Source of the DNA: Chlorokybus atmophyticus
Taxonomy: Eukaryota > Plantae > Mesostigma and Chlorokybus algae
Length of the DNA stretch: 64,000 nucleotides
Assembly (NCBI GenBank): GCA_009103225.1
Contig: RHPI01003642.1
Location: 393,116 to 457,115 of the forward strand
Direction: 5' to 3'
A program made the position numbers and the translations under genes. Every line of letters starts with the position of its first letter. Positions within the stretch are counted from its first letter, which is position 1. Under the pieces are notes generated by a model. The model was not told where the DNA came from and searched no databases. It saw only the letters and a program-made list of their open reading frames with translations. Shown piece after piece: positions 46,737-59,057 of this stretch.

Positions 46737-48217
46737 TTGACACAGGCTATGCCCCTTTAAGAGGACATTCTGCAACATTTCTTGCGAACATGGCAACAGG
46801 TCACAAGTGTGTGCTACATATCGCCGGTGTGACAATGCGTGCAATGTGATGCACTTTGGATGATGTACAGTTACTTGGAGACAACAACTGAGTGAGGTCT
46901 GAAGCTTTGTTATTGTAATGAGAATTTTCTAGGTGCCTTCGGCTCCAGTTCCCCAAGTACGCTGCAGCAAGGAGCATGTGAACAGTACAACTAACAGCCA
47001 TGTCAAATTACACAGCCAATTTTTGCCCGGTGGCTATCATGGCTTGGGCTATGGCTTAATTCGATGAATCGGTCGACAATGATTACTCAATGCAGCCACA
47101 AAGGAAATGCATGTTGAACACTGAACATGCACGGGGAGCAGCAGGCTGTATGGTAAACACAACTTGCCCGTGCGATGGACATTGGCGACCAACCCCACCA
47201 CCTAACCCAACCACCAGCACCTAACTGCCAGTAGTTGCAGTGACAACGGCCAGGACTCGCAGGCACCGCGACGGCCGAAGCGGCGGGGCACAGGGGCCCT
47301 GCGCGAGGGTTACACTTTGAACGGCACCAGGGGGCAGCGGAGGAAGTAACTGCTTGTACATGTATGCATGTCTAACGGGGCAGCCTGTGGGTAGGTAGAG
47401 TGCTAGTGTAGTGAGTAGAGACATGCGGTATGGCATAGCCCGGTGATGTTGTTGCTGTTATTTGTGTTGATGACCGCATGGTATGCCGTTGCAGCAAAGT
47501 GTCTATGCATGCCTAACAGCCCCGCGCATATCATGTACCCTGACCACAACAGCTGTTGCACCAAAATGTTATTGATACTGCTTTAGAACATCTGTGGACA
47601 GGTGATTACTATTGCATGCCATGGCTAACGGGGTGTCGGTGATAGTGTAGGTAGTTAGTGGGGTAGCTTAGTTGTGCGAAGTGGTGTATGGTATATTTAT
47701 TTGCTTGATGTGATGACATGTGATGCTTGTGAGTTTAATGACTGCGAAGGCTATGCATGTGCATTTGTCTTCCAGAATTACTGTACATGGGTGTTAGGTT
47801 AAATGTAATGTGTTTGTTCACATCAATGAAGTCACATGCCACAAGCTTAGGACGATTGCGGTTGTTTGCTAGTGGTCCATGAACGAACGCACGTAGGCGC
47901 AAAACCCCCTAGCCTAGCTTAGCCTATAGCTAAATAAGATTATAAGGTTAGCGTTTTGGTCATTGCTGCTTTGAAATTTGTTTGTTTTCTCATTTTTGCT
48001 TGTATTTTAGGCCCCTTCATTTTACCTCATGCATATTGAGCAGCGCGCAGTATACACCTACTATATTAAACGATGGGTTGATAACATTACTAAGATTTAA
48101 TGTCGTTCAGCGTTTTTGGTTTATAAGGGTATAACGGCCCGGGGTGTTGCGGTATGGTACCTGTCACAGCCCACTCGATCACAAAAGACTTAGTGCTTTT
48201 ATGGTCGATTTGTGGTA

Positions 48218-51200
48218 CAGTCTACCCTCGTTAAAGGAATTTGCTTTAAGGGAATAACCCCGCTATGATCATAGATTCATAAAAAGACCAATGGTTTTAC
48301 AAGCAAATATCTTCACTTGGTGGAATAGTCTTGTACGTAATAAGACTAATGTTACCGCATGAAAATCTTAGTGGTGATATGCTCTTATCGGGGTAGCAGT
48401 GCTGTGCGCAAGGGCACAAGCACTTGACTTTGTGCCCTTGTGCCCATGCAAGTGCTGCTGTGCCTTAAGCCGCCACATTAGTTGCAGAGGCACTGGTTAT
48501 CCCCTAAAGGCGCGGCAAGATGCGGCGGCGGCGGCGGCGCGAGGGTTGGCGGCGGCGGGGGCAAAGGTGTAGATAGGTAGCAGTAGACGCCTTGACGGTA
48601 GGAACAGCTGCTTCAAGCTTTGGAGGGCTTGTGCTAAAGTGTGTGTTGTGCACATGCGCGTGTGTACGTGTGCATTATTGTGACTGTTCGCGTGAACACG
48701 AAGGCCATTTCTGTGCGTTATGTAGGTCATCATGTGTGCACCACAGCCCGCTAAGCGTAGCAACATCACTCTCAAGGACAAGAAGCGCATATTAGAGTTG
48801 TATGATGAGTTGTGCGAGAACACCAACGTTAGGCAAGCGGACTTCATTGCTATTGCCAAATCCAAGTTGAAATTGGATATCAAACAGAGTGCATTGTCCA
48901 AGTTGCTGACTGGCCGTGATAAGATAGTTGAGACGCTAGCTCAGGGTGGTAATTTCGCTGCAAGTACCAAGCGCATGCGGCTTGCAGCACATCCCAAGTT
49001 TGAGGATGCATTGTATGCATGGTTTGTACAAGCTCGGGCTCACAATGCCACCATCACAGATGCGATATTGATAGAGAAGGGCAAGGACTTTGCTAGCAAG
49101 TTGAACATAGAGGACTTGAATGCATCACACGGGTGGGTGAATCGGTTCAAGAAGCGTCATGGCATCTCCGCCAAACCATTGCATGGGGAAGCCAACGATG
49201 CAGATGAAGAAGGGGTCGACATGGCCCAAGCTAACTTGCCAGAGATTCTTGAGGACTACGGCGCTGCCAACACCTTCAACATGGATGAGAGCGGGGTGTT
49301 CTACCGGGCTCGTCCACGCCGCACATTGGTCACTGCAAGTGAAGAAGCGAGAGGGGGGAAGAGAGAGAGAAGGATAGGTTCACAATAGCATTGTGTGTGA
49401 ATGCCGACGGCTCCGAGAAGTAGCCCCTTTTGCTGATTGGTACGTCCAAAAGACCTAGGTCTTTTAGGAGCACATGGACTCCCATCCGCATCGGTGTGGA
49501 GTACGAGAACAACAAGAAGGCTTCGATGATGCAGAGGTAAGGTGTTTGACACTATTGCTAGTTGGCAAGTCTGTTAGTGCAAACTGCAAGTCCATATGTG
49601 TGATTGTAAGTTCGTGTGTATGACCAGACGTTGTCTCATGCAGATCTTTAGTCGCTGGCTCTGCAACTTCGCTTTTCAGATGAAGCTGCAGAAGCGCAAT
49701 GTGTTGTTATTGCTCGACAACTCTTCCACCCACGCCTGCAAGTACGGGGTCGCGGGCATGGAGAAAGGGTTCAAGACGCTTCAGGTGGACACTGTGAAGT
49801 GTCTGTTCCTGCCTCCCAACACAACCAGCAAGGTTCAACCTCTTGACGCAGGCATTATTGCTGCGTTTCAGGCCAGGTACGCTGCTGCGTTGCTCTGGTT
49901 ACAAACTGAGTCCGAATTTATTGAAATTGTAAAAATATTTGGGGGGGGGGGGGGGGGGGGGNCCCCTTGTTCGTCAGAGTTTGTAATGCTTTCTCACTTT
50001 GGTCGTGGCAGGTACAAGCGCAAGCTTGTTGCGTACTTGCTGCAGCAATATGATGCCGACCCAACAACCGACTTGCGCACGGTGAAGGTGCAGTTGAGGG
50101 AGGCAATCAGGGGGGGTCGCGAGGCGTACGGGGAGCTCACCGCAATCACCATCTCGAATTGCTCGAGGAAGAGCGGCGTTACCCCCTCTGCTTGGCACGC
50201 GCCAACTCCCGACACTGACGCACGCGAGCAGGCTGTTGTACAGGAGATCGGGGACATCATGCAGCGTCTCCCCATTCCACGTGCGGAGATGCTCTCCCCA
50301 GCTGAGTTCGTTCACGTCGATGACACCCTCCCAACCGAAGCCGGGCAGAGCGATGATGGCATCCTTCAAAGCGTCGGAGGCGTTGAGGGGGCCACCGCTG
50401 AGCCTAATGAGGCTGACGGTGAGGGATCTCATTGCAGTACGTGTGCGTGTATGTGCATGAGTGGGCACTTACAATGCCTTGTGTTGTAGATATCGTAGAT
50501 GATGAGGAGGAGGAGGAATCACCCCCACGTATCACAATGACAGAGTGCATGAGGTTCTTGGATGGTGTGGAGGCCTTCATCGCCACCAATGACTGCCCCA
50601 TCTCAGAGCATCATCAGCTCACCTTACGGCAGCTGCGCGACGTGGTCATCAAGCATCAGCTGTTTGACGCTGGCCGTCAAACCACCATACAGGACTTTTT
50701 CACTGCGGGTGCTTCTGGACATGATGCTAGCACTAGTGGCACTTGTGGCACAGTCGATGAGCCAGTCGAGTTAGAGTAGCGTGCATACCATGCATGCACG
50801 AGTGCAGTCTGCAATGCTTGTATTGGTGGTGATGGCCTCGCAGATGCATGCTGCTTGCTCTTGCACACACACGCAAAGCAATATACTCATGTACACATTC
50901 AAGCGGATTCATCACATATTTTACGCATGCGTGCGCGCCATTATACATGCACATAAACACTTGTTGTATCATAACACTTCAAGCAGGCATGTTGTCACAC
51001 AACACCAGGTTACATTGTGTGTTATTCAATTGCTTGATGTACGTAAAACTCGCTATACTGATCATATACATGTGAAATGCACACACTTCGTCAATAGCAT
51101 ATTTATTCTTATAAACGCTTATGCGCTTTTCTGGCAGGACCCCCACTAAAAAAATACATATTCTCTTAACGTTAACAGAATATATATTCTCTTCAACGTC

Positions 51201-51270
51201 AAAAGAATAACCCCGTTAGTGGCATGAAAAGCTCCAGGATAAACGTGATTCTTATAACGGAGGTAGACTG
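48218..51270 (+). mobile_element. 3053-bp pogo/Tigger (Tc1/mariner superfamily) DNA transposon
   Basis: TA|CAGTCTACCCTCGTTAAAGGAAT at left; right end reverse-complements to CAGTCTACCTCCGTTATAAGAAT followed by TA (19/23 identical). A subterminal gaataaccccg(c/t)ta occurs at both ends. Encloses a transposase gene. Confidence 0.92.
48732..50779 (+). pseudogene. Disabled pogo/Tigger transposase (CENP-B-like HTH plus DDE_1) with three introns
   Basis: HTH domains (ITLKDKKRIL..; HPKFEDALYAWF..ASHGWVNRFKKRHGI); catalytic FNMDESG, LLLDN, QPLDAGII; C-terminal RQTTIQDFF. Lesions: +2 slip in (AG)n at about 49360, in-frame TAG at 49421, KAW changed to KAS, and an apparent 1-nt deletion in MTAE|IF at about 49525. 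Introns at about 49535-49644, 49879-50010 and 50420-50490. Confidence 0.9.
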
Positions 51271-53118
51271 TATGTGAAAGGTTCAGTCTATTTTGGCTAA
51301 TAGACTTTGCTCCAAAAGAATAATGCTTTCTGAAGGCTATAAGTTGTAGCATAGCAGTCATGAATTCGCCATTTTATAACAGTTTACATGTGAGTATTGA
51401 TGGTTAAGGGAGTATGCTTAACTGCGAAAAGCATTTTTCGTGTGTTTGTTGTGACGAGCGATGTACTATCAATTAACACTAAGTTCGTCAATAACTGTAC
51501 ACTTATATGTACGGTTACCTCACCTCGTGATCAGGCTCATGTCTTTTGCACCACTTGGTATTCAAGGTTGAAACTTGATACACATATTAACAGCAGCTAA
51601 AGCAACAAGTGTACAAAGTTTTAAACCTAAGGGTTGCTTGTACATTGAATTAACATTATGCTAAGCATCTAAATCAGGAAAAGTTAATGTACACTTTTGT
51701 GTACAATTATGCAAGGCCCTTTGTAGCGTCCATACGGCTCCATTTGTAGGAATTTCGCGGAAGTCGTGAACGCGTCGGATTGCTCTCGTCGAGTACAACA
51801 ACTTTGATTGTCCACTCGTCAACAGATTTTTTCGCTATAAGACGTGATGCATATTTGAATGACAGTGCCACATCATTAGACAGTCCCGTCAGCCCTAAAG
51901 TCGTAGTCGTACGTTAGAAAGAAAACGTAACCGTTATATCGCGCGAAATTTGGAATGGTTTGTCGCTACCTCACGCCGGGTTCTTTCTATTATATCATGC
52001 GCCATGTTATGTAACACCTTCGGTCACGAAGACCGTGCCATGGAGGCCTTTATGAATGTACACTTAAGTGTACATTGATAAAAACCAATGGTAAAAAGCG
52101 ACGCATGACGGCTAGGGTGATTGACTCAATCACAGAGTGATAAGTATTGAGTGATGGGCAAGGTATAATACGAGATGAATGATGTCATAAGCGTAACGTG
52201 AGGGGCGTAAATGTCATGAGTAAAACCACATAAATAGTTTATGTACAAAGCTTGCACGTGGCAAACCTTGAAGTATGTGGCGAGAGAGCAAAGACAAGCA
52301 AACGGTCATGCGATTACATGTGTGCTCTTGAACTATCATGCTCTTAACAATTAAAAGCTCGTTATATCTTGTTTTTAACTTTTGCAAGTTTAATATATGC
52401 TCTTGTACGCAAAAAGCTCAACCCCACTAAAAGCACAAGCTTATAATTATGATTGAGAGCTTGAAAATGCTTTTGGCTAGGGTAAATTGTATATGAGGAT
52501 GTACAAGTGCATATACTTTACTTTTTTGATGAATATATGCAAGTGCATCGTGCGTCAAAGCCTTTGGCATAATACGGGGTGCAGCGGCTCTGTCAGCCGC
52601 GCACTTTGCCCTAATTTAGCCGTTTGATGAACGCATATCGAACTTGTCAACATGCGCCGTTATGCCGTAATATTTTCATCATGCATAATCATACGTGAGG
52701 GGCTATAAGTGATGTGAATGGCGTTGGCAGGCTAGCTTCAAGTTACGTATGTTGCAATTTTTGCAGTGCCATTTTATATTAGCTCATGGGACTGAAGATA
52801 TATCGCAAATTCGTTATTGTATTGTATGGCCTATCCGCACTATTCGATAAAGCTCTCATACGTGCATATGTAGTGTAGTTGTGGAGATGGTTGCCTTTAC
52901 TGCGATTAAGTGCTTGGCCACGGGTCGAGACGATCGGCGACTTATACTGGGCCCGTACAATTGTGTGCTGTTACAGCAGTCTTGACGCCATTGTCGTCAG
53001 GTGTTGGTTATTCTCTCTGTATACAGGTATGCATTAATTCATATGTAAAATTTCAGTGGAAAACATCTGTGTACATGGCAAAACTATGTATATAGGCAGA
53101 TAGTACATACAAACGTGT

Positions 53119-53145
53119 GTATATATATGTATATATATGTATATA

Positions 53146-53209
<64 letters not shown>

Positions 53210-53660
53210 NNNNNNNNNNNNNNNNNNNNNNNNNNNNNNNNNNNNNNNNNNNNNNNNNNNNNNNNNNNNNNNNNNNNNNNNNNNNNNNNNNNNNNNNNNN
53301 NNNNNNNNNNNNNNNNNNNNNNNNNNNNNNNNNNNNNNNNNNNNNNNNNNNNNNNNNNNNNNNNNNNNNNNNNNNNNNNNNNNNNNNNNNNNNNNNNNNN
53401 NNNNNNNNNNNNNNNNNNNNNNNNNNNNNNNNNNNNNNNNNNNNNNNNNNNNNNNNNNNNNNNNNNNNNNNNNNNNNNNNNNNNNNNNNNNNNNNNNNNN
53501 NNNNNNNNNNNNNNNNNNNNNNNNNNNNNNNNNNNNNATATATATATATATATATATATGTATATACATACATATGTGAACATACACATATCTGTGTATA
53601 TACATATATATATACATACATTTATATATGTGTGTATATATATATGTATATATAAATACG
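53119..53660. repeat. (TA)n microsatellite spanning an assembly gap (N 53210-53537)
   Basis: Long ta/tg dinucleotide runs flank the n run. Confidence 0.95.
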
Positions 53661-54048
53661 CGAGAAATATCATGTTGGTATGCTGTTCAAAAGCTGATGC
53701 TGCATTGTCCTGCAATTGTTTTGCATCGGAAAGGTGTATCTATTAATGTCCGTAGATGCATGTACGAAGCCAGGGTTTGATCACTGTAAATGAATGTCAC
53801 GGTAATACTCTCACATAGAGAGAGAAACAGACCAAGCTAAGTAGAAGTGCTATTTATAACCGTCCATGACACAAAACACGATACCATAATCTTAATATGC
53901 TTCAACCAACTTATAAGTTGCATACGAGCATGTTCTACAAGAAGTGTGTGCAATTGACTTCGGTTTGCTTCTTGATCCCATGCGGCTTACAAAGATCATA
54001 AAAAAAGTGCGGTGGTTATATACCGTTGCTGAGTTGGAAACATTAATA

Positions 54049-54102
54049 CACACTTGATATGATTGGTTCTTTGAGCTCAGAGAACCAATCATATGGAGTG
54101 TG
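54049..54102. repeat. Near-perfect palindrome/hairpin
   Basis: atatgattggttct-t-tgagctca-g-agaaccaatcatat (54057-54094), extended by cacact/agtgtg. Confidence 0.85.
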
Positions 54103-54381
54103 GAAATTAAAACTTTTTGGTGAATCAGCGGTGAATCAGCACACCATGATGGCAAGTAGATTTCATTATAATAAATTAACCCCGTGGATCTCTCGCACTG
54201 CCTAAAGCGTAAATGGTAGCGCTAGAGTAGCTGCATCCGGAGGCCGCCGCCAGAGGAACGCCGCCGCTGCAGCACAACGACGCGACAATGCCATTGTTGG
54301 CTCGGCAGCTGAGGGCGTTTATCCTCAAACAAGGATGATTGCCACAAAACCATTAGGTGACGCTCAGCAACATTTACGCCA

Positions 54382-54429
54382 TGTTGTTGCTGCTGCTGCT
54401 GTTGTTGTTGTTGTTGTTGTTGTTGTTGT
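54382..54429. repeat. (GTT/GCT)n trinucleotide repeat
   Basis: tgttgttgctgctgctgctgttgttgttg... Confidence 0.9.
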
Positions 54430-56568
54430 CATGTCATAGCGATAGTCATCTGTGGCTATAATGTTTTTATGTGGTAGCGCGTGCATGTATCAGTTGCGTA
54501 CATGCATGAGAGCGTGCGTGTGTGCGTGCGCGTCAGCGCGCGTGTGTACAAGAGTGATGTATGCAACAAGCATGAAATATGCATGGGCATGATACCCAAC
54601 CGCAGCAACACTCACCTCTACTATGACCAACAGGTTAGACACATAGTCTGCCACTACCTACTTCACTACTCTTAGGCCTCACTCTATCCCTAGTGCCCCC
54701 TCAACCATATTGAATAATTACGTGGTGAGGATGGTGAGGAAAATGCTGATAAGGCATGTAAAAATAATGATGGATTTTAGGAGTGTGGATATATGTTACC
54801 CACTTGCTAAACACAACACTTAGTAGCATTGCATTAACATTTTCATTTGTGCACGGCAATATTTGATGATGATGCTCCTTCAGTAAAGGAATTGCAAGGC
54901 ACGCACTTGCCGCACGTCTTTGATGAGCATTGTTTGACTTATCGGCCAACAATTTGACGGATTGGAAACCCTTTTGCATTTGTTCAGAATTTTGTAAACA
55001 TCGTTGTGACATAACATGGAAGATTATGCCACTGGTGATGGTTGCAATTGGCTGCTATAAGCCTTGCAGCACCCTCGTACAGTTTTGTCATATCGATGTG
55101 ATCATGAGCCGTAAAATGGTTTCATGCTTTATTGAAACGGTTTGAGTGCTTCCGAAATGGGGTTTTTTGTCATTTGTACTGACATATTGTAAATTACAAT
55201 GTGTTGTCAACCTTTATTTGAACATGTATCAGATTTATGATGTTTTTATAATTATTGCAAACAATTGATAGCATATGCTTATTTGTAAAATTATATAAGC
55301 AATGCATCAATTGAGCAACATGTTGCCCTTCAACATTAGTACATCTTGCAATAACATGTATAGCGTGGAGTGACTAATCCACATGCGGCTACGCATGATG
55401 GGTTCTTGTCGTGTATGCCTTTACTCCTCTTTTCCTGTGTCCCTCCAATGTGCATATAGGCGCAAACGGCCGCTGCTAGTGTGGCGGGCAGTTGTTCCAC
55501 CATTAGGTTCGCGGTTCAATTTTAGATGTAACGCGCAATGGTAGAATGCGGTTATGGTAGAGGTTGTTTGCAATCATGAAAGGCCAGCGACAGTCCGTGC
55601 AATTGGCAGGTGGTATGTGTGCGGAGTGTGTAAGAGTGATTGTACATATGTACTCTGAAGCCATGTATACTCGTACAACAATTTCGTTTTCGTCGACTAT
55701 CGCAGTTGAAAACCGGATCGTCGAGTGAACACGGTGAGACTGGCAGCATTGGTACTATTGTGGACAGTTAAATAGGTGATGATAAAACTCAACTTACCAC
55801 ATGTTGCTGGTGTTGAGACATGTGCACACACGAACACACAGCAAGCACACGGCACATTGCGCTCTATCTTACGCCTTGACTGTTAGAGATGACACTCGTA
55901 TGCCATTACTGCATGTCATGCACAGACCGGGGACAAAAGAGCAGCTAAGAGACAGCCATTGCCGATAGACATCCACGCAATGAACCCACTATCACTGAAC
56001 AATGCGCAAATTGCTTGTGGTCTTATACTCCGCTGCACGACGGGAACATGCACACTGTCACACATTTTGGTGCATTTGCCGACACGTATCTCACTGCAGG
56101 AGGTCGTAGCACCAACCAAGTCTCCAGCACGAGATATGCAGCAAGGTCAACTACAACCCATTCTTTTTCACATAGGTATTCCACGACAAGGTGGTCTCGC
56201 CTCCCGGCTCAACTACAAGATTAGCCATATCGCTCCGGTACTCAAGGTACATCTAGTACTTGTTAGCGGACTCGTCAATGCGTGCAGCGTCTCAGCACTC
56301 TTGCAACTTGCCTGGTATACTCAAGCGACAGTTCTGCAAGCCGCAGGCAAGACAAGACACATGGGCACTTGCGATGGCAGAACCTCAATATGACAAATTA
56401 CGGCGTACACCTGAATCTCATGTTGTCTAGGAGCAACGTAGATAGATTGGCACAGGCCTAGCACATGTTTCTCATGCTGTATCACTCACACCTTCAGACT
56501 GAAAGTAACCTAGACAGACTGCACAAGGCAAGCAGATGTCGCTTGTGCTAAGTCACTGAAACCTCTGG

Positions 56569-58613
56569 TTACAGAAACAAGCCTTCAAACAGAGCCTGGT
56601 CGTCAACATTGTCTCCAGCCGGCGAGTGAGCATCTTTGCCTACAGTAGTATAACCAACATATCAGACATGTGCATGCTGCGGCATGGCAAGTGCGGATAC
56701 AACTTTAGTCTAGAGACAACAGAGTACGCACTGGCATCGCCGTGCGCTTTCCCTGCATGCTGTTGATGTTGTTGCTGACGATGTTGCGCGCTGCTGTCCT
56801 GCTGCTTACTGCGGCTGCCAGCTGAGTCCTTCCTAGCACCATCCTTGACAGAGCCACCGCCTGCCTCCTTTTTGCTATGCTTTAATCTCTGGTATTCCTC
56901 ATCCAAGCCATCGAGTTCAGCAGCCTTCTCTTCATACCTGGAAGCACCACCGTTGCATGCTGAGCTTTACAACCAACAATCAAACGGAGGGAGCTGCAAG
57001 TAAAGAAGGTGTTTGGCTGCACCTTTGCCTCTTTTTGGCCTCCCGCTCTTGCTGCTTTTCTAGCTCCTTTTCCTTCTTGTAGTGCAGTTTGTAAGCGCAT
57101 CTGCAGGGGTGTATGAAAACAGTCAGCATTGGCCAGCTGTCGAACATCCCTCCCATTGCATGACAGCGCATGCTTGCTGCTTCTTGCAGCGCAACGCAGA
57201 TACTTACTTTGGACACAGGCGTAGCTTAACGAGCGCATTCTTCTCTTCACCAGCTTCTTTGTACGCGAAGTTTAGCTACACAGCAAGCAGTACTGAGCTC
57301 CTTGGCAATGTGCATGACCCGCGACAAGCGTGTTTAGTCCTACTGACCTCAAAGCTTTGCAGGCCTCTGCGCTCATCGCAAGCCTTGTTGCCACAGATAA
57401 ACTGTCCTGCCAGACGCCCAGTCAAGTGGCATTGATGGGCACTAACAGCGTATGCACTATGGTAGAGCCTCTACCTAACTGTTTCCTACCTCACTCTACC
57501 TGACCGATAACAAGGTAGCAAAAGGTTCAACAACACACACACCTTTTCCGCTGACAAGTTCTTTCTCCACACGCCAACGCAAACCCAGCTGCCGGAGCGT
57601 CAATGAGAAAACTGCAATGCTGTTCGGTGACACATGCAGTCAACACACACAAAGCCAACCTTGCCTTCTTTGTAGCGCGACATGTCTGCAATGCAATACC
57701 TGATAAGTCCACAAAGTCAGTACCACACTAGGTATGCTAACCTCTATGCGTGGGAATATCACACAGCACGTACTCTTTATACAGTTTCTTGTAGTAGCGC
57801 TTAGCTAGCCGGGCTTCCCACGAATAGTCTTCATCGTCTTCCTCGGTGCGCAGGAAGCTGTGTACATGTGTGAACGAACAGAGTCTGCACCACGATGCAG
57901 GAGAGAGAAAACACAATGCTGCGACCAGATGAATACCGGTATGTTTCGCGGAGAATGTCATGATCTGTTTTCACCGGTGCAGAGTCCCTCTGCAAGGCCT
58001 CCTTGCCCTTGTAGAAGAGTGCTGAAATAGGCGCGTGTACATATTGCGCGTTTACAACATGTATATGTACTTGCATCATATCTTGTGCTGATGCATAGAT
58101 AAGGGGATATGACCATGGCAAGTTGCGTACCGTAATCTTGCATGAACTTTGTGTGGCGCTCGTAGGCATTCAAGCTGAGCAGCATGTTGCGGTACCTGCC
58201 AGTGCCAGTGGACACATGTTACTGATCTGCACAATGACTTCAGCACACCTTGCTCACCCATTTGACGGCGTATGTGCTCAATAATAAATTTGGGCAGCTA
58301 CCGTAACCAGACAGACTTTACTTGCAACAATGCTGTCGAGCTTGTGCATGCACTTGCATGCATGCATACGTGCCAACGTGAAGTTGGCAGGTTGCGTATA
58401 GCACATGCATAGGCGGCTGCATGTGCTGTAAGCAGATGTATTACAAGTGTCTGAAAACGCTGTGAATTGTTATGGACTGGCGCTGGACGGACTTGGCACG
58501 TTTCAGCAAGGGCGACAACACGAATGAACCACTCGCTGATAAAGCAGGTGCCCTTACTCGTGGCGTGCAGCTTGATCAAACGCTGCATTCTTCGCGCCAG
58601 CAAACGACGCCAT
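56569..58613 (-). CDS. FRA10AC1: FRA10AC1 homolog (spliceosome-associated protein)
   Basis: MASFAGAKNAAFDQAARHE|YRNMLLSLNAYERHTKFMQDY, VKTDHDILRE, FLRTEEDDEDYSWEARLAKRYYKKLYKE|YCIADMSRYKEGK|LGLRWRVEKELVSGKG, FEVNFAYTEAGEEKNALVKLRLCPKC, YKLHYKK and C-terminal VDDQALFEGLFL*TAA. Confidence 0.92.
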
Positions 58614-59057
58614 GGACGGACAGGGGCGCACCGCCCGGCAGCTGCTGAGCGGAAGTCACACACTGCCGCAAGGGCTAACCCTAGGGCTACCCCATACACT
58701 TAACGTGTCAGCTTGTGTGCAAGTCCATAAGCCCTGTGAGATTGTAACCCCGCAAGCCTGTGAGTCTGTGAGTAAAGTTGAAACTCTTTGCCGCCTGTAA
58801 GCAGCAGTCGCCCAATCAAGTTGAGCTTACAGGGTCCTGTCCACGCAAACGATCCCCAACCCAGCAGCAGCCACAACTAGCCTCCCCAAATCTGCCGCCA
58901 CCACAAACACCACACGGAGGACGTGCACACTGCTTCCTGTTGCAAGTACACGCCCGCCTTCAGCTCTGTGGGCAATGGACTTGAGCATGGTCGGCGTGGG
59001 CGGGCGGCGGCGGTTAAGCGTGAGCGTAGGTGCGGGCGTAGCGCACGTTCAGTGAGC

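Noticed and set aside
53034-53746. Long YI-repeat ORFs
   Set aside because: Translations of a (TA)n microsatellite and an N gap.
55959-56393. 144-aa ORF with exon-like segments downstream of FRA10AC1
   Set aside because: The putative intron would be only 30 nt, no domain is recognisable, and the region is likely the antisense of the FRA10AC1 3'UTR.
58614-59057. A CGG repeat in the FRA10AC1 5' region as at the human fragile site
   Set aside because: No CGG/CCG tract longer than a few units is present there.
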